From the NCBI GenBank assembly GCA_963718895.1, contig CAVRAG010000008.1:928001-992000 (forward strand): a DNA stretch of 64,000 nt, written 5' to 3'. This stretch comes from an uncultured Nitrososphaerota archaeon (lineage in GTDB: Archaea > Thermoproteota > Nitrososphaeria > Nitrososphaerales > Gagatemarchaeaceae). Position numbers and translations under genes: made by a program. The notes under the pieces are model-generated. The model searched no databases and was not told the origin of the DNA. It saw nothing but the letters and a program-made list of their open reading frames with translations. Shown in pieces: positions 9,550-19,605 of this stretch. Positions within the stretch are counted from its first letter, which is position 1. The number at the start of each line of letters is the position of its first letter.

Positions 9550-9870
9550 ATGGCGGGAAGACAATTGGACCTTCTCAAGAAATGCCCGAATTGCGGCAAG
9601 CACTTCTCGGTCGAGAAGAAGGGGAAGGAGCTCGTTGAGACCGAGCACCACATGGAACACATAGACCTCGACCTCGCGACCCGTACGTCGGGCTTGATGC
9701 ACGACAACAGCATCCAGCACCCTCCGCCCAACCCGATCTCCGAGGAGATACCGATCGAGACGGAGACTTTCGAGACCAGTTACGAGTGCTCGCACTGCCA
9801 CTACAGGTGGACCGAGAAGTCGGTCGACGTGGTCGAAGGGACGGCCGACACCAAGGGCTTCCGCGCCTAG
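9550..9870 (+). CDS. Zinc-ribbon hypothetical protein
   Basis: CPNC ... YECSHCHYRWTE. Confidence 0.65.
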   Translation: MAGRQLDLLKKCPNCGKHFSVEKKGKELVETEHHMEHIDLDLATRTSGLMHDNSIQHPPPNPISEEIPIETETFETSYECSHCHYRWTEKSVDVVEGTADTKGFRA

Positions 9871-10050
9871 GGAAGAACTCCGCCCGACGGCGACTCACTC
9901 CGCGCTCGAACTCTCTTTCTCGAACACCAGTCCGAACCCATTCGGGACTCGGCCCCGCAGGATGGAACACGTTTGAGGGATGACGTCCCCCAACCTATTC
10001 GGGACACCCCGTAAATATCTCAGGTATTGCTGGGGGGTAAGCGAATTAGC

Positions 10051-11337
10051 TTGACAAACCAGCAATATGCGGAGATGTGGAAGGACCTCGGGCTGAATCT
10101 CGAGAAGCACGATGTGCTCCTCAGCGCCCTCGCCAAGGGGTACGGAGACCTCTTCATGACGCAGAAGAACCGGCCGGCCGGGATGGGCTACTTTGACTTC
10201 GTCATCTCGGAGGTGCACGGGCTCAGGATCAAGGAGTTGGTCGACCGCAAGAAGGCTGGTAAGAAGATTATCGGAGCGTTCTGCCTCTACGTCCCCGAGG
10301 AACTCGTCTACGCCGCTGACGCCACCATGGTGGGCCTCTGCGGAGGCGCCGACTTCTCGATACCCGACGCCGAGACTGTGCTGCCCAGGAACATCTGCCC
10401 GCTGGTCAAGTCCTTCTTCGGGTTCAAGGTCGGAGCGACCTGTCCCTACTTCAATTCATGCGACATGGTTGTCGGCGAAACGACCTGCGATGCGAAGAAG
10501 AAGGTCTACGAGGTCCTCGCAGACTACGCCCCCACCTACGTGATGGAAATCCCACACAAGGTGGACACGGAGCAGTCCAAGGCCCTCTGGCTTGCTGAGA
10601 TCAAGCTGTTCAAGCAGCAGATGGAGACGCTGACGGGCAACGTCATAGAGAAGGACTCCCTGAAGGAAGCCATCCGCCTGATCAACGAGAAAAAGAAGGC
10701 GATGAAGAGGGTGAGCGAGGCCCGCAAGGCCTCACCGACCCCGATCAGCGGTCTGGACGCCCTGCTGGTCAACCAGGTGAGCTTCTACGACGACGTCAAC
10801 AGGTTCACCCTGAAGACCAACGAGCTCGCAGACGAGCTGGAGGAACGGAACAGGAAGGGAGTGGGCGTCGGCGACCCGACCAAGCCGAGGCTGATGTTCT
10901 CTGGATGCCCCATGGCCATCCCGAACTGGAAGCTGCACTCGATCGTAGAGTCGACGGGATCGCCCGTAGTGGCCGAGGAGAGCTGCATCGGCTCACGGTA
11001 CTTCACCGACCCCGTCGTCCCCAAGGGTGACTCCATGGAGTCCCTCCTCGAGGCACTCTGGGAGAGATACCACAACATCTCCTGCGCGTGCTTCACGCCC
11101 AACAACGACAGGGTAGACAAAGTGGTCGAGATGGCCAAGGAGTTCAACGCCAGCGGGGTCGTCTACAACGTGCTCCAGTACTGCCACACCTACAACATAG
11201 AGGCCATCAAGGTCGACAAGGCCCTGAAGAAGGCGGGAGTGCCAATGCTGAAGGTCGAGACGGACTACGGGTCGGAGGACGTCGAGCAGATCAGGACGAG
11301 GGTCGAGGCCTTCACTGAGATGCTCAGCTCTGCGTAA
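10051..11337 (+). CDS. Double-cubane-cluster protein (DCCP)-type anaerobic reductase, 2-hydroxyacyl-CoA dehydratase superfamily
   Basis: N-terminus YAEMWKDLGLNLEKHD...RPAGMGYFDFVISEVHGLRIKEL characteristic of DCCP; six candidate cluster Cys in GAFCLYVPEE, RNICPL, ETTCDAK, EESCIGSRY, ISCACF, LQYCHTY; GGGGGT RBS before TTG 10051. Confidence 0.8.
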   Translation: MTNQQYAEMWKDLGLNLEKHDVLLSALAKGYGDLFMTQKNRPAGMGYFDFVISEVHGLRIKELVDRKKAGKKIIGAFCLYVPEELVYAADATMVGLCGGADFSIPDAETVLPRNICPLVKSFFGFKVGATCPYFNSCDMVVGETTCDAKKKVYEVLADYAPTYVMEIPHKVDTEQSKALWLAEIKLFKQQMETLTGNVIEKDSLKEAIRLINEKKKAMKRVSEARKASPTPISGLDALLVNQVSFYDDVNRFTLKTNELADELEERNRKGVGVGDPTKPRLMFSGCPMAIPNWKLHSIVESTGSPVVAEESCIGSRYFTDPVVPKGDSMESLLEALWERYHNISCACFTPNNDRVDKVVEMAKEFNASGVVYNVLQYCHTYNIEAIKVDKALKKAGVPMLKVETDYGSEDVEQIRTRVEAFTEMLSSA

Positions 11338-11355
11338 GCACAGGGGTGAGCCCGA

Positions 11356-12288
11356 TTGGCCGTCGCGGGAGTGGACATAGGCGCGGTGGCGACGAAGGTC
11401 GCCGTTCTCGCCGACGGGAAGGTGCTGGCCTTCCAGATACTCCCGTCCGGCTATGACGGAAACGGGGCCGCACGACGGGCCCTTAGGCTGGCGCTCGAAG
11501 GGGCCCGTCTGGCCCGAGGGGACATCGACTTCATCGTCTCCACCGGGTACGGGAGAAAGGTCTTCAGCGAGGCCAACAAGAGCGTCACAGAGATAACCGC
11601 CCACGCCGAAGGGGCGAAGGCAGTCTGCCTCTCTGCCAGGACCATCCTGGACATAGGCGGGCAGGATAGCAAGGCGATCAGCCTGACCGACGACGGTCAG
11701 GTGGCGAACTTCGTCATGAACGACAGGTGCGCGGCCGGCACGGGCAGGTTCATCGAGGTCATGGCTAGGGTCCTGCACGTCAGGGTCGCCAAGATGGGGG
11801 AGCTTGCGCTCAAGAGCTCCAACCCGGCGAGGATAAACAGCATGTGCACCGTGTTCTCGGAGTCTGAGGTGATATCTCTCCTCACGAACGGAAGGAGCAG
11901 GGAGGACGTTGCCGCGGGACTGTGTGAGTCCATTGCGAGAAGGGTCTGCACGATGGTGAGGTACGTCGGCGTCAAGGAGGGGGTCGTGTTCAGCGGCGGA
12001 GTGGCGAAGAACGTCGGTATGGTCGCCGCCCTCGAGAAGGAACTCAAGACCAAGCTGCTGATCCCACCCGAGCCGCAGTTGATCGGAGCCTTGGGCGCCG
12101 CGTCGATCGCCCGGAAGTCCCTGGACAAAGAGGCGAATGCTGCCGTGCCGCTTCAGGTCGAAGAGGGTGGCGCCTGCGCCTTGACGGCCGGGGTTGCCGA
12201 TCCCATGTCCCAAGGCATCATTGCGCCCGGCATCGCCGCCGTAACTCATCGTCTCGGCGAATCATCTGGCCGAGAGATTCCAATCTAG
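11356..12288 (+). CDS. ATP-dependent [4Fe-4S] activator/reductase (ASKHA ATPase, DCCP-R/HgdC-like)
   Basis: GVDIGAVATK, STGYGR, TEITAH, DIGGQDSK, MNDRCAAGTGRF, SMCTVF, SGGVAKN, GALGAA; GGGGTGA RBS. Confidence 0.9.
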   Translation: MAVAGVDIGAVATKVAVLADGKVLAFQILPSGYDGNGAARRALRLALEGARLARGDIDFIVSTGYGRKVFSEANKSVTEITAHAEGAKAVCLSARTILDIGGQDSKAISLTDDGQVANFVMNDRCAAGTGRFIEVMARVLHVRVAKMGELALKSSNPARINSMCTVFSESEVISLLTNGRSREDVAAGLCESIARRVCTMVRYVGVKEGVVFSGGVAKNVGMVAALEKELKTKLLIPPEPQLIGALGAASIARKSLDKEANAAVPLQVEEGGACALTAGVADPMSQGIIAPGIAAVTHRLGESSGREIPI

Positions 12289-12304
12289 TGGGATGGAGAG
12301 TCTC

Positions 12305-13186
12305 TCAGCCGTCGAACTTGTTTGTGGGCAGTCCCCTGACTCCAGGCTTCACCACGAATAGAGCGCCGCTGAGAGGCTTGGCGGCGAGGGCCTCGGCGTC
12401 CAGCCTCTTCCTCGCAGTCGTGATGTACAGGTCGTCGAGATTTTTCCCACCGAAGCAACACGAGGCGACCTGGTCGGCGGGCACGGCCATCGTCTCAAGG
12501 AGCCTGCCGGTCGAGGGGTTCCATCTGGTCAGTCTCGCTCCACCCCAGTGAGCCACCCACATCATGCCCTCAGAGTCCACCGACATTCCGTCCGGATTTC
12601 CCGGCTGCTGGCTGACCGAGAAATCCACTATCGTCCGCCTGTTCCCAACACTGCCCGTCTTCAGGTCGTAGTCCAGGGCCGAGACCTTCCTGGTCGGGCT
12701 GTCGATGTAGTACATCGTAGCGTTGTCCGGACTCCACCCGAGCCCGTTTGAGATCGTCACATCCGCCAAGACCTTCTTCGGTGTCCGCCCGTTCTCCAAG
12801 ACGTAGAGGGCTCCGCTGGGGGTCTTCTGCAGTTTGTCCATCGTCCCGGCCCAGAACCTCCCCGCCGCGTCGCACTTGCCGTCGTTGAACCTGTTTGTCT
12901 CGACATCGGCTTCCACCGGTCTCGTCAGCGGCGAGAGCTTCCTGCTCTGTATGTCCAGCCCGTAGAAACCGTGCTGGGAGGTCACTGCGAGCCCGCCGCT
13001 CCTCCTCGGGACGACGGAGCTGACGTCCTTCACCCTTTGAACTACCTCGTCCTCCGGATCGTTTGGCTTGTGGGCATAGACGATTCCGCCGCCTATGTCA
13101 ACCCAGTAGAGGACTCCTCTCTTCTCGTCCCAGCTGGGCCCCTCTCCTATCTCCGCTCTTGGGTTGGACGCTACCTCCGGTTTCAC
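12305..13186 (-). CDS. SMP-30/gluconolactonase/LRE family protein
   Basis: GEGPSWD, RFNDGKCDAAGRFWAGTM, SNGLGWSPD, PDGMSVD. Confidence 0.92.
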   Translation of the reverse strand: MKPEVASNPRAEIGEGPSWDEKRGVLYWVDIGGGIVYAHKPNDPEDEVVQRVKDVSSVVPRRSGGLAVTSQHGFYGLDIQSRKLSPLTRPVEADVETNRFNDGKCDAAGRFWAGTMDKLQKTPSGALYVLENGRTPKKVLADVTISNGLGWSPDNATMYYIDSPTRKVSALDYDLKTGSVGNRRTIVDFSVSQQPGNPDGMSVDSEGMMWVAHWGGARLTRWNPSTGRLLETMAVPADQVASCCFGGKNLDDLYITTARKRLDAEALAAKPLSGALFVVKPGVRGLPTNKFDG

Positions 13187-13264
13187 GGTCGATCGTCGGG
13201 TCGGCTCATCTTCGTAATAACTGTGACCTCCCGAAAAAGGAGAGTGGAGCACCCAAGCGGGTGC

Positions 13265-14081
13265 TCAGCTGATCGCGTAGACGGATTGGACGGAGCGCGG
13301 AGACGGTGAGCGACTGGGGCGCGACAATCGGCGTCGCGCTCGAGCCTGAGGCGACGGCGTACTGCATGGATGGGGAGGGCGTGTAGGACGGGCTCGTGGA
13401 GACAGAGACGACGCCTGTGATGGTCACGCCGAGCGCGGTCGCGATTGCCTTGGCCTGGCTCGCACCGTTCTGGACCGCCAGCTGGAGAGCCTGCTGGTTT
13501 GCCTGTTGGACCGCTGCGTTCGAGGCGGTGAACTGTACTCCGTAGACTTCGTTGGCTCCCTGTCCGACGGCTGCGTCGATGGCCGAACCCACCTTGGTAC
13601 CCAGCTGGACCTGCGCCTGGCTGGCGGTCGTGGCCGCCGATATCGTGACTTGGATCTGGCTGTCAACCTGGTAGCCCGTGATCGAAGGCTTCTCGTTTTG
13701 GTAGTAGTTGGTCTGGGGGTTGATGCTGTACGAGACCGTCTGGATGCTGCTGCTGTTTATCCCGAGGTTCTCGAGCGCTGTTATCACGTTGGCCATGATG
13801 TTCGCGTTCTGCTGGGCCGCGGTCTGGGCCGACGGGTCCTGGGTGTTCACCCCGATGGTGAGGATGGCCGTGGTCGGTTGGATCTCAACCTGACCTACGC
13901 CCGTGACGGTCACCGTGCCGTTGGTGGGAGGGTCGGTGGTACCGCCGGCCTTGGGGATCCCGGCCGTGCTGAGGGCCCCGCCGGTCGTCAGGGTGTACGC
14001 CTGGAGGGATAAGAGAGCGAGCGCCAGAACGGCGCCCACCGCGATGAGCTTCTGCGTCCGTGAGCTTACTGCTGTTTGCAT
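13265..14081 (-). CDS. SIMPL/DUF541-domain secreted protein (frameshift ~13297 near C-terminus)
   Basis: TM leader; VTVTGVGQVEIQP, IQTVSYSINP, IDAAVGQGAN; corrected end reads SVQSVYAIS*. Confidence 0.85.
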
Positions 14082-14234
14082 GTTTCGTCGCATGTGCTAT
14101 GCGCCGCAGGGGGGATAATCCTGAGTGCACGAACAGCTGTTCTAATGGCTGGTCGGACAAAAGTATTAATCATGACGGGGTCGAAAACGACCCGAGGCAG
14201 GCTTATTAGACGTCGCCGGCTAGGACGTTCAGCC

Positions 14235-15300
14235 GTGAAACCGTCGTCTGCTAGATACAGAGTCCCGGTCAAGATAAACAGGAACTCGCCAACACCAGCG
14301 CTCGAGACGTTCACCGATTATTTCCAGGGGTTCGAACGGGTCGGGGCCGTACGGTCGGTCTTCGGGGACAGGACGGAGGAGGTGCTCGGGGGGCTGCGGA
14401 TAGGGTTCATGCCCAACAGGAGGATGTACATGGGAATCAGGGACAACGACGGGAACATCGCGGTCGGGACCTACCACCTCAAGAACAGCCCGACGAGGAC
14501 GCTCTACCTTGACGTCGTCCACGAGCTCTTCCACATCAACCAGAGGATGACCGACGAGAGGTACTTCCACGACGAGTTCATGAAGTTCATGGGTGACAGG
14601 TCGCTCTACTACGCCAGCCCCATCGAGATCCCCGCCTACGAGCACACGGTGAGGGAGGCCGAGAGGATCGGGATGACGCCGGACGAGATAACGGAGTACC
14701 TCAAGATGGGCGAGGCGCCCCCTAAGGTCTGGAAGAGCTTCCTGAGAGAAGATGAACCTGAAGAAGGAGACGCCGAAGCCCGCAAAGCGGATCACGAGGT
14801 TCCCCGTCAAGATCAAGCGGGACGCTCCCTCCAGGCTCCATGCGTTCTCCGAGTACTTCCTGGGCTTCGAGAGGGTCGGCGCCGTGAGAGACCTCTTTGG
14901 AGAGGCGACGGAGCGGGTGCTCCGCGACTTGAAGGTCGAGTTCATCGACAGTCCCTTCCCGACGATATACCCGAACGAGGACGACGGCCACCTGATCGTG
15001 GCGAGCGAGTACTTCCGGAAGGCCCCCGTCAGCTCATTGTACCTGGACGCCTTCGTCTGCCTCAATCTCATGAAGGCCTTATCCACGGGCGGGGAATCCG
15101 CGGACCCCGCTGTCGAGTTCGGCGACAATCCTGCCGTCTTCCAGGCGTACGGGGCCATGGTAAAGGAAGCGAGGAGGTTGGGTGTGGCCGACGCGAAAAT
15201 CCTAGGGCACCTTCAACTGATGCGGTTCATGATGTCTCCGCCTGAATTCAAGCGATTCCTCAGGGGCGTCGGACTGAAAGGGTCTGAAATTAACAACTGA
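14235..15300 (+). CDS. Tandem-domain putative zinc metallopeptidase (HExxH in first repeat only; frameshift ~14750)
   Basis: Two homologous halves (PVKINR...YFQGFERVGAVR / PVKIKR...YFLGFERVGAVR); HELFH plus downstream E in first half. Confidence 0.65.
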
Positions 15301-15356
15301 GGGTCAAACGCGAATCGCGCCTCTTATTACTGCTCGCCACCAAAACCGGTCCGCCG

Positions 15357-15773
15357 ATGTCAAAACAGAACAAGGGCAAGGGCACCAAGGAGCAGCCTTG
15401 GCTGCTGAAGACCCCTCCCGGAACATCAGAGTTCGAGGCTTACAGGGACGAAAGCTCGACCCCCGCGAGTCTCGTGGTGCAGGTCGGAAAGACCCAGCTG
15501 AAGTACGACCTGCGCTGCCTGGACGACCTCCATGCGATGCTGAAGAAGCACGGTGACTGGATGGAGCTCGGCAGCGCCGACGAGCAGAAGCCGGCCAAGG
15601 ATGGCACTGTCGAGGCCTGGGGACGCTCGGCAAAGAACCCTGTCGGAGGGTGGTACGGCCTGAAGAAGGGGTTGAGGGGAAGGTTCGGCATGTATGTCCC
15701 TCCGGTCATGGAGGTGCTCGGGACCGCCGAGGTCGAGCACAACCCGAAGGGCAACCGCATGCGCGCTCTCTGA
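15357..15773 (+). CDS. Conserved hypothetical protein (DUF6855-like)
   Basis: PWLLKTPPGTSE, GSADEQKPAKDGTVEAWGR, GWYGLKKGLRGRFGMYVPP recalled from a conserved bacterial family. Confidence 0.7.
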   Translation: MSKQNKGKGTKEQPWLLKTPPGTSEFEAYRDESSTPASLVVQVGKTQLKYDLRCLDDLHAMLKKHGDWMELGSADEQKPAKDGTVEAWGRSAKNPVGGWYGLKKGLRGRFGMYVPPVMEVLGTAEVEHNPKGNRMRAL

Positions 15774-15878
15774 CCAGGTTCAGACCGGCGGGCGTCTTCC
15801 CGGGCTCGGCGGAGGCGGACGAGACCTCGGAGACCCCAATCGTTAAGATGAGCGTGCCATCGGGGCCATCGTAGGAAA

Positions 15879-16781
15879 TTGGTGGTGGGCTGGACCACGC
15901 GGTCGAGGACGATCTTCGTCGCGGCAGTCTTGTGTCTGCTCGCGCTGAACCTCGTGGTGCTGGCGGCCGCGTATCCGGAGACAATGACCATAGACTCTGG
16001 ATGCTGTTCGAACCGATTGCTCCAGAAGGACTTCTCGGCGTTCTACACGGCCGCCTGGAGGCTCCTCTACGACCCTTCTCACGTCTACACCCCCGGAAAC
16101 GTGAGCGATGGCGGACTTCAGACCACCCCGCCGCCGGAGTCTTACAAGTACCTGCCGTCGTTCTTGCTGATGGTGCTGCCCTTCGCCGTCCTGCCATACC
16201 AGCAGGCGCTGACGGCATTCGATGTCCTCCAGTTCCTGCTTCTGCCGCTTGTGGCCCTACTCGTCTACGAGCTCACTAAGGAGAAGGGGGCAGCCGCGGC
16301 CGTCGTAGTAGCCGTCATAGCGCTCTTGCTGCCGTCTCCGAGCACTCACTGGAGCCTCTCGGCCGCGTACTACTGGCAGTGGGCCGAGGGGCAGTCGAAG
16401 GTCCTGGAGACCTTCCTGCTGCTCCTTTCGCTCCACCTCGGCAAGACGAAGAAGCCGGTCCTCTCGGGGGTTGTCCTCGCTCTCTCTGCGTTCGATCCGA
16501 GGTTCGCGCTCCTCGCGCTCCCGCTCTTCTTCATGTACAACAGACCCAGCCTCAGAGCCGCATTCGGGGCTGGGGCACTAGCGCTGCTCGTGACCAACGC
16601 CGTCCTATTCATCCCCGGGGTGGGGAGCGGCTTCCTTGTCATGCTCTCGACGAGCGGGCTCACCACTCCGCTCTACTGGTACGCGCTCATACCCCTCTTC
16701 ACGGTGGTCTCGCTGACGCTGCTGAACCTGCGAGCCATCGCGGGCTCGCTCAAAGCGCATATTAGGGACGATGCAGAATAG
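15879..16781 (+). CDS. GT87/DUF2029-like membrane glycosyltransferase
   Basis: DFSAFYTAA...YKYLP, EGQ, multiple TM helices. Confidence 0.75.
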   Translation: MVVGWTTRSRTIFVAAVLCLLALNLVVLAAAYPETMTIDSGCCSNRLLQKDFSAFYTAAWRLLYDPSHVYTPGNVSDGGLQTTPPPESYKYLPSFLLMVLPFAVLPYQQALTAFDVLQFLLLPLVALLVYELTKEKGAAAAVVVAVIALLLPSPSTHWSLSAAYYWQWAEGQSKVLETFLLLLSLHLGKTKKPVLSGVVLALSAFDPRFALLALPLFFMYNRPSLRAAFGAGALALLVTNAVLFIPGVGSGFLVMLSTSGLTTPLYWYALIPLFTVVSLTLLNLRAIAGSLKAHIRDDAE

Positions 16782-17289
16782 GTCGCGTTTGATACTGAAT
16801 ACGGTGGTCCTCTGGGTCCACATATTCGGCGCGATAGGCTGGCTTGGTGCGGGCATGGTGTTTGCGATAGTCATCGGTCCGTCGCTCTCGAAGACGTCTC
16901 CACAGGCAAGAATGGAGTTCTTTGCGCAGGTCATGCCCAAGTACATCGCGTACGTCAGAGTCTTCTCGATCGTGGCGGTGCTCTTCGGGGTCGCCATGGT
17001 CCTAGTGATAGCCGACGGCGACTATTCCATCATGTCGCCTTCGACCACGTTCGGCCTGTTCATCTCGGCGGGCGCACTCCTCGCGCTCGTTGCCATCGGG
17101 TTGGCCATGAGCGTGATTCTGCCTACCGCGACCAAGATAAGCAGGATTTCTCAGAAGCTGCTGGAAAGCCCGGGTCAGCCACCTCCGGAGATGGCAGCCC
17201 TATCCAAGAGACTCAGGGGGAGCTCGACCGCGGCTCTCGTGATACTGATACTGGTCACGATCTGCATGGTCGCAGCCGCTACCCTCTAG
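16771..17289 (+). CDS. Four-TM membrane protein (CopD/DUF2269-like)
   Basis: LWVHIFGAIGWLGAG N-terminal motif, four hydrophobic segments. Confidence 0.7.
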   Translation: MQNRSRLILNTVVLWVHIFGAIGWLGAGMVFAIVIGPSLSKTSPQARMEFFAQVMPKYIAYVRVFSIVAVLFGVAMVLVIADGDYSIMSPSTTFGLFISAGALLALVAIGLAMSVILPTATKISRISQKLLESPGQPPPEMAALSKRLRGSSTAALVILILVTICMVAAATL

Positions 17290-17314
17290 GGACCTCTAGA
17301 CCAAAGAGCGTGAG

Positions 17315-17905
17315 TCAGGTCGGAGGCAACTTCGCAGCTCTAGCTTCTGACGCCGGTTCCTCTTTCCGTCCTCTGCGGAAGAGGCTGCTGATGACGTTGC
17401 TGTGGTGCGCGTATTCGTGGTTGATGTACTCCATGAGGAGGTAGTAGCTTGTCTCGAACTGCTCCATGTTGTCGTTCTTGAACTTGAAGAACGGGAGGGT
17501 GTGGGCCGGCTCCTGCCAGACCGCCTCGAAGGCCCTCAGAGGACCGAGCTTGCCGCCCTTCCGGGCCCTCTCCTGGAGGATCTTCTTGTCGACGTCCATC
17601 ACGATGGCCAGGTGCCTGCTGCGGTTGTTCCCGCTGAGGAAGTACTCCCTTGTGATGTGTCTCGGGGCCGTGGAGTCTATGATCACCGAGTGGCCGTACG
17701 AGAGAGCGAGGTCGCGGAGGCTGCTCAGTGCCTTGTAGACGAGGTCCTCGTCGTGCTGCGGGGCGAGGTCGTTGAAGAGCATCAGGCGCACCTCGTCGGG
17801 ATTGATCCGGACAGAGTCCCTCACGCTCTGTAGGAGTCTCCTCGCTAGGAAGCTCTTCCCGGAAGTGGGAGGGCCGATAACCAGTATGGTCCAGATCGGT
17901 GCCAT
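17315..17905 (-). CDS. P-loop kinase (AAA_33-like)
   Basis: GPPTSGKS Walker A, INPDEVR, VIIDST. Confidence 0.8.
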   Translation of the reverse strand: MAPIWTILVIGPPTSGKSFLARRLLQSVRDSVRINPDEVRLMLFNDLAPQHDEDLVYKALSSLRDLALSYGHSVIIDSTAPRHITREYFLSGNNRSRHLAIVMDVDKKILQERARKGGKLGPLRAFEAVWQEPAHTLPFFKFKNDNMEQFETSYYLLMEYINHEYAHHSNVISSLFRRGRKEEPASEARAAKLPPT

Positions 17906-18048
17906 CTTCGCTGCACTGCTTTGGCGCGCGCGATTCTTCAAGATAAGGTTTAGCGAAGCGCGGCGGTAGGAACCAGGGAGTCCGGCCCCCTTTTCGTGGT
18001 CGAGGGGAAGGGAAAGACGCAAAAGGGGGTGGTTTTCGCTATCTTCCC

Positions 18049-18390
18049 ATGTTCTCGAAGAGCTTCAGCGTGGCCGTTATGGTCTCGGACGCGAAGAAAT
18101 CGGCGAAGTGGTACAAGACGAAGCTGGGCTTCAACGCCTCTGTCGAAGATCACTGGGTCACCGTCTGGCCGAAGGGAGCGACCTGGAAGCTTCACCTCTG
18201 CGAGGGGAAGCTCGAGCCTGGCAACACGGGTATCGCCTTCTACGCCGAGGACCTGGAGAAGGCCGTGACTTCGCTCAAGAAGAAGGGCGTGAACTTCTCC
18301 AAGGACTACACCAAGGCCGAGTGGGGAGAGTTCGCCGGCTTCGACGACCCTGACGGAAACGTCTTCTCGTTCCTGAAGGGAAGCCCCTAG
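18049..18390 (+). CDS. VOC/glyoxalase family protein
   Basis: VSDAKKSAKWYKTKLGF ... EWGEFAGFDDPDGN. Confidence 0.9.
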   Translation: MFSKSFSVAVMVSDAKKSAKWYKTKLGFNASVEDHWVTVWPKGATWKLHLCEGKLEPGNTGIAFYAEDLEKAVTSLKKKGVNFSKDYTKAEWGEFAGFDDPDGNVFSFLKGSP

Positions 18391-18456
18391 GCCCACCACA
18401 CTATCCGCTGAGAAGGAAGTTTCGGCCGCTTACGACCGGAGACAGCGATAGCGCAA

Positions 18457-19224
18457 TTGAGCCTTAGCGAGAAGGCTGGGTCCGCCCTGGAGGCCCTCGG
18501 TCTCACCAAGACCCAGGTCAAGGCGTACGTCGCGCTCATTGAGAGGGGGACCATGACCGCGAGCGAGGTCAGCAGGGCGGCGAGAATCCCATACTCGAAG
18601 GTCTACGAGGCGCTGGAGGGGCTCCACGCCAGCGGATGGATAGAGGAGCAGAAGAGCAGGCCGATCCTCTACACAGCCAAGTCTCCGGGCACTGCGATCG
18701 AGGAGATGAACTCGAGATACGACGCCGAGAGGAGGGAGAGGGAGCAGCTCGTCCTGAAGGAGCTCACCGGGATCTACGAGAAGAAGGGAGAGCAGGAGAG
18801 GCCCGAGATCTGGATACTCAGGGGGACGGCGGAGATCCTCTCGAGGCTCAGGACGATGGTCCTCGAGTGCAGGAACGAGCTGCTCATCGCGCTTCCGCTG
18901 GTCATCGCTCCCTACGCCGAGGAGATAGCGGGCATCCTGGCAGCGCTCAAGGAGAAGGGCGTCAAGATCGAGATACTCACCTCGAAGGACCTCCCTGACT
19001 CTACGCAGACGGTCCTCGGCTCCGTGGCCGAGGTGAAGACCAGGAGCGTGCTCTACGGAGGAGGAGTGATCGCAGACTCGAAGCAGGTCGTGCTCCTGCT
19101 CGGGGGAGGCGAGACGGCGAGCTCCGCTCTGGCCATCTGGGCTGAGCACATAGGCCTCGCCGGGTTCGCCAAGGACTACTTCCAGATCCTCTGGAACTCC
19201 CCGGACACCTCGAAGAAGAGGTAG
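18457..19224 (+). CDS. TrmB-family transcription regulator
   Basis: LGLTKTQVKAYVAL...ASEVSRAARIPYSKVYEAL wHTH plus effector domain. Confidence 0.9.
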   Translation: MSLSEKAGSALEALGLTKTQVKAYVALIERGTMTASEVSRAARIPYSKVYEALEGLHASGWIEEQKSRPILYTAKSPGTAIEEMNSRYDAERREREQLVLKELTGIYEKKGEQERPEIWILRGTAEILSRLRTMVLECRNELLIALPLVIAPYAEEIAGILAALKEKGVKIEILTSKDLPDSTQTVLGSVAEVKTRSVLYGGGVIADSKQVVLLLGGGETASSALAIWAEHIGLAGFAKDYFQILWNSPDTSKKR

Positions 19225-19274
19225 AGGTCCGCCGGAAGCCTTTTGCTTGGGCGAGGTCGGGTCCCAAAGATCGC

Positions 19275-19605
19275 TTGATTAGAGACGAGGGGTCGGTGGT
19301 CCAGAGGCTCACCCTCGAGCTCGGCCTGACCCGGGGCGAGGCCGAGACGTATCTTAGGGTCTTGAGAGAGGGTTCGATACCCGTCGGCGACAAGGCAGCC
19401 CATCCGCTCTTCGCGCGGGGAATGCTCGATCCGGGCCTCTGACGAAAAGGTCTATCTCCCGGTCCACCCGAGGCTGGCAATATCCAACTTGTTCCGGTCC
19501 TTTCCCGACAGGGCGTCGCCCCAGATGAAGGCTAAGAGGAGGATGGCCGACAAGCTTACCTTGGAGCTCATCCCGGCCTACGAAGCGAGGAGAGGGAGAG
19601 AATGA
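19275..19605 (+). CDS. Small TrmB-like HTH protein (frameshift ~19428; absent from ORF track)
   Basis: LIRDEGSVVQRLTLELGLTRGEAETYLRVL...RGML / IRASDEKVYLPVHPRLAISNL...RE*; ATGA overlap with next gene. Confidence 0.6.

Noticed and set aside
9931-9946. Palindrome TCCGAA-CCCA-TTCGGG upstream of the DCCP gene as an operator
   Set aside because: Short, and I could not find convincing copies at the other promoters of the island
10993-12249. Long antisense ORFs (also 27112-28011, 14229-15158) and alternate-frame ORF 32476-33525
   Set aside because: Shadow frames of well-supported genes in high-GC DNA, without recognisable motifs
10051-12288. Calling the pair a nitrogenase or a classical 2-hydroxyacyl-CoA dehydratase
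   Set aside because: No NifH/D/K motifs; a single subunit with the DCCP-type N-terminus rather than an alpha/beta dehydratase pair
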